Assembly: GCA_018304295.1 (NCBI GenBank)
Contig: JAGVWK010000008.1
Coordinates: 1 to 50,513, forward strand
From: Candidatus Micrarchaeota archaeon
GTDB taxonomy: Archaea > Micrarchaeota > Micrarchaeia > Anstonellales > Anstonellaceae
Direction of reading: 5' to 3'
DNA length: 50,513 nt
Shown piece by piece: positions 10,343 to 19,451 of the stretch (position 1 is the first letter of the stretch; every line of letters begins with the position of its first letter). The position numbers were made by a program, and so were the translations under genes. The notes under the pieces are model-generated. The model was not told the origin of the DNA. It saw nothing but the letters and a program-made list of their open reading frames with translations, and did not search any database.

Positions 10343-10888
10343 ATGGAAAAGCACAATCTTCTTACGCTTGAAAACGCAAAAAGCATCCTCGCGCTTGTTT
10401 TTGCACTCGCAATTACGCTTGCAGCCTTTGAGCTTTCAAAAAACGTTGAAGCCTTGCGGGCATGGGGCTATGTTGGCGTTTTCTTCATCGCCCTCATCTC
10501 CAGCGCAACAATGTTCCTTCCAGCCCCGGGCTTTGCAATAATATTCGGCATGAGCGCGTTCCTAAACCCACTTGGGGTTGGCGTGCTTGCAGGCATCGGC
10601 TCTTCCTTTGGGGAGCTTACAAGCTACCTTGTGGGATATTCAGGAAGCGGCAAAATAAAGCGCACAAAAATTTACGCGCAGCACAAAATCGCCCTGCAAA
10701 AATACGGCATGCCCGCAATATTTGTTCTCTCCGCGCTGCCCAACCCTGTGCTTGATTTGGCAGGCATTGCCGCAGGCGCAATGCGCATGCCGGTATGGAA
10801 ATTCCTTCTTGCCACAATGGCGGGCAAAATACTCAAATACCTAGCCATCGCATACACTGGTTTTTACGTGGGCGAATATTTTCTATAG
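10343..10888 (+). CDS. VTT/DedA (SNARE-associated) membrane protein
   Basis: GELTSYLVG, LPNPVLDLAGIAAG, KFLLATMAGK. Confidence 0.88.
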   Translation: MEKHNLLTLENAKSILALVFALAITLAAFELSKNVEALRAWGYVGVFFIALISSATMFLPAPGFAIIFGMSAFLNPLGVGVLAGIGSSFGELTSYLVGYSGSGKIKRTKIYAQHKIALQKYGMPAIFVLSALPNPVLDLAGIAAGAMRMPVWKFLLATMAGKILKYLAIAYTGFYVGEYFL

Positions 10889-10972
10889 GCACATCTGTTT
10901 TCCAGCCCTAAAATTTCCAGCCCCAAAATGCTTATATTTGTTTGTAGACAATATATAACAGTGGGAGTTCGG

Positions 10973-11551
10973 ATGACTAGCTCATCTTTCAGTATGCAGC
11001 CACTTACAGCCCAGAATAAGCCTCCAAATTCTGCCCCTCCAACCGCATTGCGCAGGCTCCTGCCCCTGCGCGAAGATCCGGCGCACGACAATCTTTGGCT
11101 TGTGAACAGGACAATGTCCATTCTTGAGCACGGCTCGCGCACGCACAACCTTTATGCTTTCCTGTCAAGGCTGTTTCCTAATGCAGTTTTGGCAGTGCGG
11201 TCAAATTTTCATGCGTATGACATAGCGAACCTTCCCACTGATCGCACACAAGCAGCCTTTATTTTTTCATTCATGGAAATATTGGGGAAAAATAAAACAG
11301 CGCAATGGCCCTGCCTTCCGGCTTTATCGGCAGAAGATGCCCTCGTCCTGTCGGGTCGCTTTGAAAAAATCTCTTCGGATGGGCTCGTAATTGCCACCCT
11401 TGCCCTGTTTTTCAAGATTGTGGAAGATCCCCGGAATGCAGCTGCCCGACTATACAAGACACAAATTCCGCTGGTTGCCGGCGCCACAACCGCTGAACCG
11501 CGACCGCCCGCCGCAGTGCTTGGGTTGCCTCCATCCACTCCTGCAATCTGA
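10973..11551 (+). CDS. Hypothetical protein
   Basis: Longest ORF filling the gap; no family recognised. Confidence 0.45.
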   Translation: MTSSSFSMQPLTAQNKPPNSAPPTALRRLLPLREDPAHDNLWLVNRTMSILEHGSRTHNLYAFLSRLFPNAVLAVRSNFHAYDIANLPTDRTQAAFIFSFMEILGKNKTAQWPCLPALSAEDALVLSGRFEKISSDGLVIATLALFFKIVEDPRNAAARLYKTQIPLVAGATTAEPRPPAAVLGLPPSTPAI

Positions 11552-11552
11552 G

Positions 11553-11669
11553 CTAAAAGCAGCATGAATCCTTAAACCCGCACTTTTTGCATACCGCGGC
11601 TTTGCTGCCCCCTATCGCATTCATCATTTCGCCGCACTGCGGGCACGGCTTGCAAATATCGGCTTCCAT
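11553..11669 (-). CDS. Small CPxCG zinc-finger protein (38 aa)
   Basis: MEADICKPCPQCGE...CKKCGFKDSCCF; starts 22 nt downstream of tRNA-Ile. Confidence 0.7.
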   Translation of the reverse strand: MEADICKPCPQCGEMMNAIGGSKAAVCKKCGFKDSCCF

Positions 11670-11690
11670 GCCACTCTTTCCAAACAAAAA

Positions 11691-11827
11691 TGGGCCGAAG
11701 GAGATTTGAACTCCCGACCTTTCGATTTCAAAAGTTTCTGCGCGCATGCGCAAAAATTTATCAGTCGAACGCTCCAACCAAGCTAAGCTTCCGTTAACAG
11801 TTGAAATTCAAATGTTAATACCGGCCC
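11691..11827 (-). tRNA. tRNA-Ile(GAU) with two introns (30 nt at 9/10: 11789-11818; 32 nt at 37/38: 11727-11758)
   Basis: Removing both inserts gives a 75-nt cloverleaf GGGCCGG TA GCTTAGCTTGGTTGGAGC G TTCGA CTGATAA TCGAA AGGTC GGGAG TTCAAAT CTCCT TCGGCCC A. Confidence 0.88.
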
Positions 11828-11875
11828 GTAAGTTGGCTGGACATCACGGACAGTTTCCTTATTTTGCTGCCCGTA

Positions 11876-12169
11876 TCAAATCTTATTTCTCTCGCATAAT
11901 TTATTAAGGATTGCTTGTCTCGTATCCTCAGAACGAATCCTAAGATTTTCTTCTTGTCCTTCTGGCGCAAATAGGCTGGACTTGTAGTAATCCCTTACCG
12001 CTATGTGCCCATCTGTCATCAAATCTGCGGCTGTTTCAGCCAATTCAACTGTAGGGAGCAGCGGCAATGTTTTTTTGAAATAGGCAACTGACTCATCAGC
12101 ATATCTGCCTGTCTTATAGCTTTTCTTCAAATCATCGGTGCACACAAGTGGGCTAACATTCATGCCCAA
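11876..12169 (-). pseudogene. LAGLIDADG-like endonuclease remnant
   Basis: ELAETAADLMTDGHI resembles one LAGLIDADG helix; 97 aa is too short for the rest of the fold. Confidence 0.5.
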
Positions 12170-12225
12170 TAACTGAAGTAAAATAATAAAAAAGTAACAT
12201 TTTTGGCCGTAAAAACTCAGCAGCT

Positions 12226-13107
12226 CTAAAGCAGCCTTGGTATGCCGTCCCCCCTCCTTGCCATCACTACCCTCTCCTCTCCGCTCTCAATGAACGCGCC
12301 GCGCGTGTCCAGCGCCACTATGTATTGGCGTTGCAGCTCGTCAAACGCCTTCTGCTCCTCGCCTTCAAAGGTGCGAACCTGCCTCTGCGCAGTCCTTTCC
12401 TGCATCTGCCTGCCAAAAAGCCCTATTTTTTTTTCGTTCTCGTCAAATTCCGCAAGCTTTTCGTTCGCAACCCACACGCTGCCCCTTCCCACTATCGTCC
12501 TTTCGGTTTCTGCGCCCTCTTTTTGCAACTCCACGCGCACAAGCCTTGTCCCATCAACATTCAGGCGGCATCCAAGCCGCGCAGCAAGAAGCGAAATTTC
12601 CTTTCTTTTCCCTTCCGAAAGCGTGCCAACGTCCACCGCCTCCCCCTCGCTGCTTTCCACCATCCTGCAAAGCGCCTCGCAGTCCGAGCGCGGCAGCGAA
12701 TTTGCAAGCACCGTAAGGCGCGCAATGTCCTCCCTCCTGTCAAAGTTCCCCCTTGTAAGCGCGGCCCTTTGCTTCATTTTGCCGTAAACGTCGCCGGCTT
12801 TCTTTGTTATTGCCTCGTCAAGCTCCGCTTTTGAATGCGAGTTTATCTCCGAAGTAATCCCCTCTATTTCCTTTCTGCGCGGCACAATTGCAACAAGGTC
12901 AACAACTTCCAGCTTTTCGCGTATGGGCTTTAGCTTCGCCTCTATCTCCCCGACAAGGTCGCCAAGCGCGCGCACGTGGAAATCGTCCTCCTTTGCGCCG
13001 TTGCGAAGCAAAAAGCCGTGCCTGAACTCGTTTTCGTTTTTCTTCCTTGTAAGCAGCGTGTAATCAACAAGCTCCCTGTTCGTGATAATTACTGTTTCCT
13101 CTCCCAT
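12226..13107 (-). CDS. Hypothetical helical/coiled-coil protein
   Basis: 293 aa ORF with codon usage like its neighbours; no family recognised. Confidence 0.75.
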   Translation of the reverse strand: MGEETVIITNRELVDYTLLTRKKNENEFRHGFLLRNGAKEDDFHVRALGDLVGEIEAKLKPIREKLEVVDLVAIVPRRKEIEGITSEINSHSKAELDEAITKKAGDVYGKMKQRAALTRGNFDRREDIARLTVLANSLPRSDCEALCRMVESSEGEAVDVGTLSEGKRKEISLLAARLGCRLNVDGTRLVRVELQKEGAETERTIVGRGSVWVANEKLAEFDENEKKIGLFGRQMQERTAQRQVRTFEGEEQKAFDELQRQYIVALDTRGAFIESGEERVVMARRGDGIPRLL

Positions 13108-13142
13108 GCCAAACCCATGCCACTATACTGCGAGAATATTTT

Positions 13143-14153
13143 TTAACCCACCGTATTTATCTTTTTTCCCTTTGAAAGCGCGGCAATGCTTTCAAGCGTG
13201 GTTTTTACAATCCTCAGCATCGCGTCTTTTGTGTCAAACGCGCAGTGCGGTGTCATTATGACGTCATCGCGCTCGCGCAGCACGTGATCAATGACCGCAT
13301 TTCTAAGGCTGCACTCATTTGCTGCGCGCGATGAGGAAAGAACCGAGCAGCTTTCGCGCATGAACCTCTCCTCCTCTATCACATCAAGCCCCGCCCCTCC
13401 CAAAATTCCTTTTTGCAGCCCGTAAAGGACGGCATCAGTTTCAACAAGCGGGCCGCGCGATGTGTTTATCAAAAGCGACCCTCTCTTTACTTTGCCTATG
13501 TTGTGCATACCTATGAGGTGGTGCGTGCCCTTGGTGTAAGGCGCATGAAGGCTTATCACATGGCTTTGCGCAAGCAGCTTCCCAAGGGAAACAAGCGCAA
13601 ACCCAAGTTTTTTTGCAAGCTTTTTATCCGCAAAAGGGTCATGCACAAGCACCCTCATCCCAAACCCGTGCGCAATCCTCACAACGTTCTGCCCTATGTG
13701 CCCAGCGCCTATCACGCCTATTGTTTTTCCCATCAAATCAAAGCCGCGCAGCCCCTGCGTTCCAAAGTCCGCGCGCCTTACCTGCTCGTTTGCCTTCACA
13801 ATGCGGCGCGAAAGCGCCAACATGAGCGCAAATGCGAACTCCGCAACAGTTTCCTCCCCGTAAGTGGGCACGTTGTGCACGCTTATGCTCTTTCTTTTGC
13901 ACTCCTGCAAATCAATATGGTCAAACCCTGTTGAGCGCGTGCATATCGCCTTGAGCTTTGGAAATGCCCGCATTTGCTCAGCCCCGATATTTGAAAATGC
14001 GAAAACCGAAACAACCTGCGCATCTTGGTATTTCTTTGCAGTGCGCACGCTAAGCGGCTTTTTCTCAAATGCAATTTCGCACCCTTTCGCCGAAAAATTC
14101 GCCCCTATGTACTCCCTTTCCATCCTATCCGTGTCAAAAAATACAACTTTCAT
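13143..14153 (-). CDS. D-isomer-specific 2-hydroxyacid dehydrogenase (D-lactate dehydrogenase-like)
   Basis: TRSTGFDHID, GVIGAGHIG, INTSRG, GLDVIEEE, TPHCAF. Confidence 0.93.
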   Translation of the reverse strand: MKVVFFDTDRMEREYIGANFSAKGCEIAFEKKPLSVRTAKKYQDAQVVSVFAFSNIGAEQMRAFPKLKAICTRSTGFDHIDLQECKRKSISVHNVPTYGEETVAEFAFALMLALSRRIVKANEQVRRADFGTQGLRGFDLMGKTIGVIGAGHIGQNVVRIAHGFGMRVLVHDPFADKKLAKKLGFALVSLGKLLAQSHVISLHAPYTKGTHHLIGMHNIGKVKRGSLLINTSRGPLVETDAVLYGLQKGILGGAGLDVIEEERFMRESCSVLSSSRAANECSLRNAVIDHVLRERDDVIMTPHCAFDTKDAMLRIVKTTLESIAALSKGKKINTVG

Positions 14154-14302
14154 TCCCCCACCCTCTCCATTCGCATAAACTTTGTAAATATTGTTTGGGA
14201 GGGGCGGCAAAAATAGGTGGGAGGTGAATTATGGCACCGCCCCTTCCCCAAAACAAGTGTTTGGTCGCCTTGCATTTTGCAAGCGTGATACGTTTCATTT
14301 TT

Positions 14303-14851
14303 TCATTTCATTTTGTAATACACTTTCCTCCCTACCTGCTGCTTTTGCAACAAGCCCATCTGGTAAAGCTTGGAGAGCCTTGCGCTTGCGGCGTTTGGCC
14401 CCTTATACCCGAACTCCCTCTTCACTTCATCCGCGCATACGTGCCCTTTTCTTTTCACCAAGCCCAGTATATCCTCGTCCTGCTTTGGAAGGAGAATTTC
14501 TTCCCCTGCCCCGATTTCCAGTTCCCTGTTTTGCGTTTTCAGCCTCTCTTCCAGCTTCGCGACCCTCTCATCCATCTGCAGAAATTTCTGGTCAATCCGT
14601 TCAATTATGCCCTTGAGCAGCCTGTTTGCATTCTCCCGCTCATTCACTGTCCTGTTCATGAGCGCTGCCAAAAATACCGGGTTGTTGAGCATGTGCGCGA
14701 TTTCCTGCGCCTCTTTCTTCATCTGCCCCTTTGTTTCGTCCATGAGCCGGTAGGCTGCCGCATTTGCATCCGTTTTATAAGCATTCTCTTCGTTTTCCAC
14801 TCTATCAACAGCCGCACATTGCGAATGTTTATTGTGATTGATGTTTTCCAT
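14303..14851 (-). CDS. Coiled-coil + C-terminal winged-helix protein (start uncertain)
   Basis: C-terminal NAASARLSKLYQMGLLQKQQVGRKVYY wHTH-like segment. Confidence 0.7.
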   Translation of the reverse strand: MENINHNKHSQCAAVDRVENEENAYKTDANAAAYRLMDETKGQMKKEAQEIAHMLNNPVFLAALMNRTVNERENANRLLKGIIERIDQKFLQMDERVAKLEERLKTQNRELEIGAGEEILLPKQDEDILGLVKRKGHVCADEVKREFGYKGPNAASARLSKLYQMGLLQKQQVGRKVYYKMK

Positions 14852-14994
14852 CGCGAGCATGATTGTTTCGCGATGATGTCTTTGTACTATCATGACTTAG
14901 TCATGATAATATTTATAAATACATAAGCCCATCCGTCGTGAAACTCACAAATTTTTCCCCTACTTAATTCCTCAAAATGCAACAGGTCGGTAAC

Positions 14995-15654
14995 ATGCCC
15001 AAGGAAGAGCACCCCCACATTGTAGTTGACCAGCGGGAACGCTCAGGCGTAAAAGAGCTGCTCTCCTCAATGGGCGCAATAGTGGAAGTGCGCACCCTTG
15101 AAATAGGGGACTTTCTTACCTCGCAGCGCACATGCATAGAGCGCAAAACGCGAAATGATTTTGAAAGTTCCATCCTTGACGGCAGGCTCTTTTCGCAGCT
15201 TTCCCAAATGAAGCAAAACTACGAATGCGCAATAGTGGTTGTGGAGGGAGACGCCCCAACGGAAAGCCGGCTTTCACGCGCAGCGCTCCTTGGCGCATAC
15301 TCATCAGTAATGGCTGATTACGGCTGCTCGCTTTTTTTCACCCGCTCCCTTGAAGCAACCGCGGAACTCGTGCATGCAATCTCAAGGCACGAGCAGCTGG
15401 CGCGAAAATCCCCTCTTCGCGTATATGCAAAAAAGAAAGCCCTCACGCCCTCGCAGGCGCAACGGGGCATAATGGAGTCCCTTCCGGGGGTCGGCCCAAC
15501 GCTTGCAAAATCCCTGCTCAAATACTTCTACACAATAGAGAACGCAATTACCGCCCCTGCAAGCGAGCTTGCGCAGGTGGAGAAAATGGGCGAAAAAAAG
15601 GCAAAGGAAATAAGAAGGCTTCTCACAACCCTTTACAAGGAAGAAGATGACTAA
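14995..15654 (+). CDS. ERCC4/XPF (Hef-type) nuclease with HhH motifs, no helicase domain
   Basis: VDQRE, GDF, IERKT..DF, LPGVGPTLA. Confidence 0.93.
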   Translation: MPKEEHPHIVVDQRERSGVKELLSSMGAIVEVRTLEIGDFLTSQRTCIERKTRNDFESSILDGRLFSQLSQMKQNYECAIVVVEGDAPTESRLSRAALLGAYSSVMADYGCSLFFTRSLEATAELVHAISRHEQLARKSPLRVYAKKKALTPSQAQRGIMESLPGVGPTLAKSLLKYFYTIENAITAPASELAQVEKMGEKKAKEIRRLLTTLYKEEDD

Positions 15655-15878
15655 AGCAGGTTTTCAAATTCTTCCCTTGCCATGTGTAAATCTTTTTTGA
15701 TTATTTTGAGCAAAAGCCCACGCCCTATCGTTTCCCCCGCATGGCAAGGAACAACTGTTGCCCTCCCATCCGGATGCGAAAAAAACATGTGGCTGCCTTC
15801 TTGGCGCACAAGGATAAAGCCTGCCTTTGCAAGTGCTTTGGCAATCTCCTTAGCGCTAAGAAGCGGCAGTTTTGCCAT
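15651..15878 (-). CDS. HicA family toxin
   Basis: RQEGSH...TVVPCH...GLLLKI. Confidence 0.9.
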   Translation of the reverse strand: MAKLPLLSAKEIAKALAKAGFILVRQEGSHMFFSHPDGRATVVPCHAGETIGRGLLLKIIKKDLHMAREEFENLL

Positions 15879-15879
15879 T

Positions 15880-16086
15880 TTAAACCTCAAGTAGCTGCAA
15901 ACCCACAAAACGCTCAGTATTTGGCGCAGGTTGCCTGCACTTGACATACAGCGCAATCGCCTCCTTGGTGCGCTTCATAAGCTCATCAAGATTTTTCGCC
16001 TGCGTGTGGCAGCCGGGAAGCTCAACTACTTCCGATACAAAGCAGCCGTCCTCATCCTGCTCTATGAGCACATTATAATTCGCCAT
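15880..16086 (-). CDS. HicB family antitoxin
   Basis: ELPGCHTQAKNLDELMKRTKEAI. Confidence 0.9.
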   Translation of the reverse strand: MANYNVLIEQDEDGCFVSEVVELPGCHTQAKNLDELMKRTKEAIALYVKCRQPAPNTERFVGLQLLEV

Positions 16087-16295
16087 GCTAAAATTCCTGC
16101 GCGGAGGCTTAAAAATCTGATGTTTTCAGGCAATGCAAACGCCGTCATGGCAGTGCCTGATTAAGAAACAGGCCCCTCACAACCATTTACAAGAAAGAAG
16201 AGGGTGCATGAACGTTTTTCTCCCATAGAGTTAAAAAATTACCACACTATATCCATATTGGCATTTGTTAATCTTCAAATATCAAAGTGGAAAAA

Positions 16296-17321
16296 ATGGC
16301 AAGCGCATCTGCAATACTCCCTGCCCAAACAATCCTGCCTCTAAATGTGCGACCAACAGAAGCGCATCTTCGCCGCGCTTTTTTTGAACGCATCTGGGAA
16401 ATGTCCAAAGGAAAAAAGGAGGGCAATGGCATAACAAGTTTTCAGGAAATTAACTGGCAAAAAATACGCGGCATAATATTTGATTTGGACGGCACGCTTG
16501 AGCCTTACCATAACGACAGGGATGAACTGTTTACGCAGATGCTGCTGGACAACATGGATGATTCCCAAAAGCAAGCTTTCTCTGGGCTAATTGAAGGGGA
16601 AAGCGCCTACATAAATAGTATAAAAGTAGGCACAATCTACGAACGCGACAGCGGAACGGTGCTTTGGGTGCCTCAAAACTGGAAAGAGCGCATAGCCTCC
16701 ATGCAGCAACTCCAGCTAGACGAACTTATACTCATGGCACTCTCAAGCTTATTTACGCCAATTTATGAAAAACAGGGCAAAAACCCCAAGTGCGTAAGCG
16801 AAAAACGGAAAAAAATCCGCCTTTGCGCAGTTCTGGCAGGCATGTCCCACGAACAGATAGTGAAGGTTACCGGAGATTACCATGAAAAAAGGCTGCGTGG
16901 AATACAAGAAGAGCTCAAAAAGTTCCAGCACTTTATTGAATGGGCAGAAACAATGCGCAAAGCAGGTTTCAAGATTTCCGTTGCGAGCAACAGTTCGGAA
17001 AGAATTTCCAACGCCATTCTGGATGCAAGGGGCATGCGCAAGCATGCTGATTGTGTTATCGGGGACGCGCGCAAGCCTTTCAAGGCACAAAAATCATATT
17101 CAAAAGCTGCCAACGCAATGGGCCTTGAACCACGCGAAATAATCGTAGTCGGGGACAGCTTCACAAACGATGTCCAAAGCGCACACCATGAGGGATATGT
17201 TGCTGTCTATCTTGGCTCCTCAAAAGCCGATGATTTCAACCCCTTTCAGCTTCACATGCAGGCTCCGACATTGGAAGCTTTTCTGGGTTTTATGCAAGGG
17301 CAAATTTTTGCTTGCAGATGA
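16296..17321 (+). CDS. HAD-superfamily hydrolase
   Basis: FDLDGTL, ASNS, RKP, VGDSFTND. Confidence 0.88.
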   Translation: MASASAILPAQTILPLNVRPTEAHLRRAFFERIWEMSKGKKEGNGITSFQEINWQKIRGIIFDLDGTLEPYHNDRDELFTQMLLDNMDDSQKQAFSGLIEGESAYINSIKVGTIYERDSGTVLWVPQNWKERIASMQQLQLDELILMALSSLFTPIYEKQGKNPKCVSEKRKKIRLCAVLAGMSHEQIVKVTGDYHEKRLRGIQEELKKFQHFIEWAETMRKAGFKISVASNSSERISNAILDARGMRKHADCVIGDARKPFKAQKSYSKAANAMGLEPREIIVVGDSFTNDVQSAHHEGYVAVYLGSSKADDFNPFQLHMQAPTLEAFLGFMQGQIFACR

Positions 17322-17335
17322 ATGCATGGCTGCGG

Positions 17336-18382
17336 CTAAACACATTCTCCCATTTTCAAAATCGCATCGCGCAGCACACTTTCCTCCTGATTCAGGCAAA
17401 TCCTTACAAATTTCCCGTATTCCCCGAATTCGCTTCCGGCGGAAACCGCAACGCCTTTTTCAAGCGCCCTGTTTGCGAATTCCCACGCATCTTCCATTTT
17501 CTCGTGCGTTGCAAATGCGTATATCCCAGCCTGAGGCATTGCATAGGAAAACCCCGCATCATTGAGCGCCTCCGCAGCAGCCTTTAGCCTTGCCCTCCAA
17601 ATTTTATTTGCCCCTTCCAGTATCTCCTTCTCATTCTCAAGGCACGCAATGCCCGCTTTTTGCACAAAAATTGGCACGCACGTTGATGTAACCTGATTGA
17701 AAGAAATTATTTTCTGTGCAATTTCTTTTGGAGCAATCGCATATCCGAGCCTCCATCCCTCCATTGAAAACTCCTTTGAAAAAGAGCGCACCCTTATGGC
17801 ATCATAGTTCCCAATAGGCTCGTGCGCAAGCCCCTTGTATGCCTCATCAATTACAACAGGCACGTTCTTGCGGGATGCGCTTTCAATGGTGCTTTCCACC
17901 AATTCCTTACCGTACACTGTGCTTGTGGGGTTAAGCGGATTGCATATCAGCAGCATTTTCGCACCCTCAAGGGGTAGCTCCCCAAACTGCCAGTTCTCCT
18001 CCATGCTTGTTTGCACTGGGACAGCTTGCAGCCCAAGCTGCTCGCACGCAAGGTGGTATGCGGGCCAGTGCGGGGAAGGGAATACTACCTTTTTCCCTTT
18101 CCCAAGCACGCTAAGAAGCGCATAAAGAATGTGCTTTGAGCCCGGCCCCACAACAACATTCTCAACGCCGCATTTTTCCCTGCGCGCAATTTTTTCCCTC
18201 AGCTCCATAAGCCCTGCACCGCTCCCGTATCCGCTCCCGTCCTCCTGCATTGATTTTTCAGCAGCCTCCTTTGCACACTTGGGGGCGGGCATATTGGTGT
18301 CCCCTATGTGCAGCTTTGTTATTTTCCTGCCGCTTCGCTCAAGCGACGTAACTTTTTCCACAAATTCATAAAATGCCCCCAT
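17336..18382 (-). CDS. PLP class I/II aminotransferase (likely aromatic aminotransferase by context)
   Basis: NPLNPTS, DEAY, SFSKEFSMEGWRLG; last gene of the aro operon. Confidence 0.9.
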   Translation of the reverse strand: MGAFYEFVEKVTSLERSGRKITKLHIGDTNMPAPKCAKEAAEKSMQEDGSGYGSGAGLMELREKIARREKCGVENVVVGPGSKHILYALLSVLGKGKKVVFPSPHWPAYHLACEQLGLQAVPVQTSMEENWQFGELPLEGAKMLLICNPLNPTSTVYGKELVESTIESASRKNVPVVIDEAYKGLAHEPIGNYDAIRVRSFSKEFSMEGWRLGYAIAPKEIAQKIISFNQVTSTCVPIFVQKAGIACLENEKEILEGANKIWRARLKAAAEALNDAGFSYAMPQAGIYAFATHEKMEDAWEFANRALEKGVAVSAGSEFGEYGKFVRICLNQEESVLRDAILKMGECV

Positions 18383-18397
18383 ACCAACTACCCCTCC

Positions 18398-19447
18398 TCA
18401 CAACTCCTTGTAGCATCCAAGGAAGCGGAACATGCCGCTTTCCTTTTGCGTTTTTTCCAGCGCATCTTTCACATTCTTGTCCTCGTCGCTTCCTGCAAAG
18501 TCAATTATGAACCCATACTCCCCAGTCCCATTTTTCATCGGAAGGGATAGAATGCGCGTCAAATTTATTTTTGCGTCCGCAAGTATCTTCAATATCCCAA
18601 AGAGCGCGCCTGCCTTGTGTGCGGTTGTGAAGGCAATCGTGCACTTGTCCCCTTTTTCCTTTGCCTTTTCCCGCGACACAACAAGGAACCTCGTTGTGTT
18701 TGATGCATGGTCCTCAATGTTCTCCTTTATTATCTCCAGATTGTAAAGCCGCGCACACAGCGCGCTTGCTATTGCTGCCGAGCCCATCGGTTTTTGTGAA
18801 GCAACCATTTTCGCAGCCCCTGCGGTGTCGTAAAAGGGCTTTGGCTCAAGCTTGTTGCGCGCAATAAAGCCAGCGCATTGCGCAAGCGCCTGCGGGTGCG
18901 AATACACGCTTCGTATCTCCCGATAATCCATGCCGGAAGGCGCAAGAAGGCAGTGGTGCACGGGCACTTTCACTTCCCCTACAATGTGCAGCCCCGACTC
19001 CATAAGAAGTTCGTTCACTCCTGCAACCGGGCCTGCCAAGGAATTTTCAACCGGCACAACGCCCAAATCCAGCTCCCCGCTTTTCACAGCCTCAAACACC
19101 TGTGAAAATTCAAGGCAGGGAACTGGCACCGCGTTTTTAAGCGCGCCTGCGGCAATCTCGCTGTACGCCCCATGCTCCCCCTGAAATCCCACAAGCACAA
19201 GTTCTTTTTTCTGAAGCTCTTTTCCTTCCGCAATGAGCTCGGACACGATTTTCCTCCCAAACTCCGCACTCACGAGCCCGTGCGCCTTTTTCCCAATTGC
19301 CCCAAGCACCTGCTGCTCCCGCTTTCCATCCGTAACTTCGCCCTTAAACCTTTTTGTGCGAAGCGAAAGCTCCATCCTCCTGTCCATGAGCCTCAAAAGC
19401 TCAACGTCCAGCCCGTCAATTTTTTTCCTCACTTCGTCCAAGTCCAT
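18398..19447 (-). CDS. pheA: Chorismate mutase/prephenate dehydratase (P-protein)
   Basis: AroQ N-terminus, FQGEHGAYSE, PVENS, SHPQALAQC, NTTRF, ACT domain. Confidence 0.95.
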   Translation of the reverse strand: MDLDEVRKKIDGLDVELLRLMDRRMELSLRTKRFKGEVTDGKREQQVLGAIGKKAHGLVSAEFGRKIVSELIAEGKELQKKELVLVGFQGEHGAYSEIAAGALKNAVPVPCLEFSQVFEAVKSGELDLGVVPVENSLAGPVAGVNELLMESGLHIVGEVKVPVHHCLLAPSGMDYREIRSVYSHPQALAQCAGFIARNKLEPKPFYDTAGAAKMVASQKPMGSAAIASALCARLYNLEIIKENIEDHASNTTRFLVVSREKAKEKGDKCTIAFTTAHKAGALFGILKILADAKINLTRILSLPMKNGTGEYGFIIDFAGSDEDKNVKDALEKTQKESGMFRFLGCYKEL

Positions 19448-19451
19448 GCGC

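Noticed and set aside
11670-11777. N-terminal part of ORF 11553..11777
   Set aside because: It overlaps tRNA-Ile; only the zinc-finger part from 11669 is credible.
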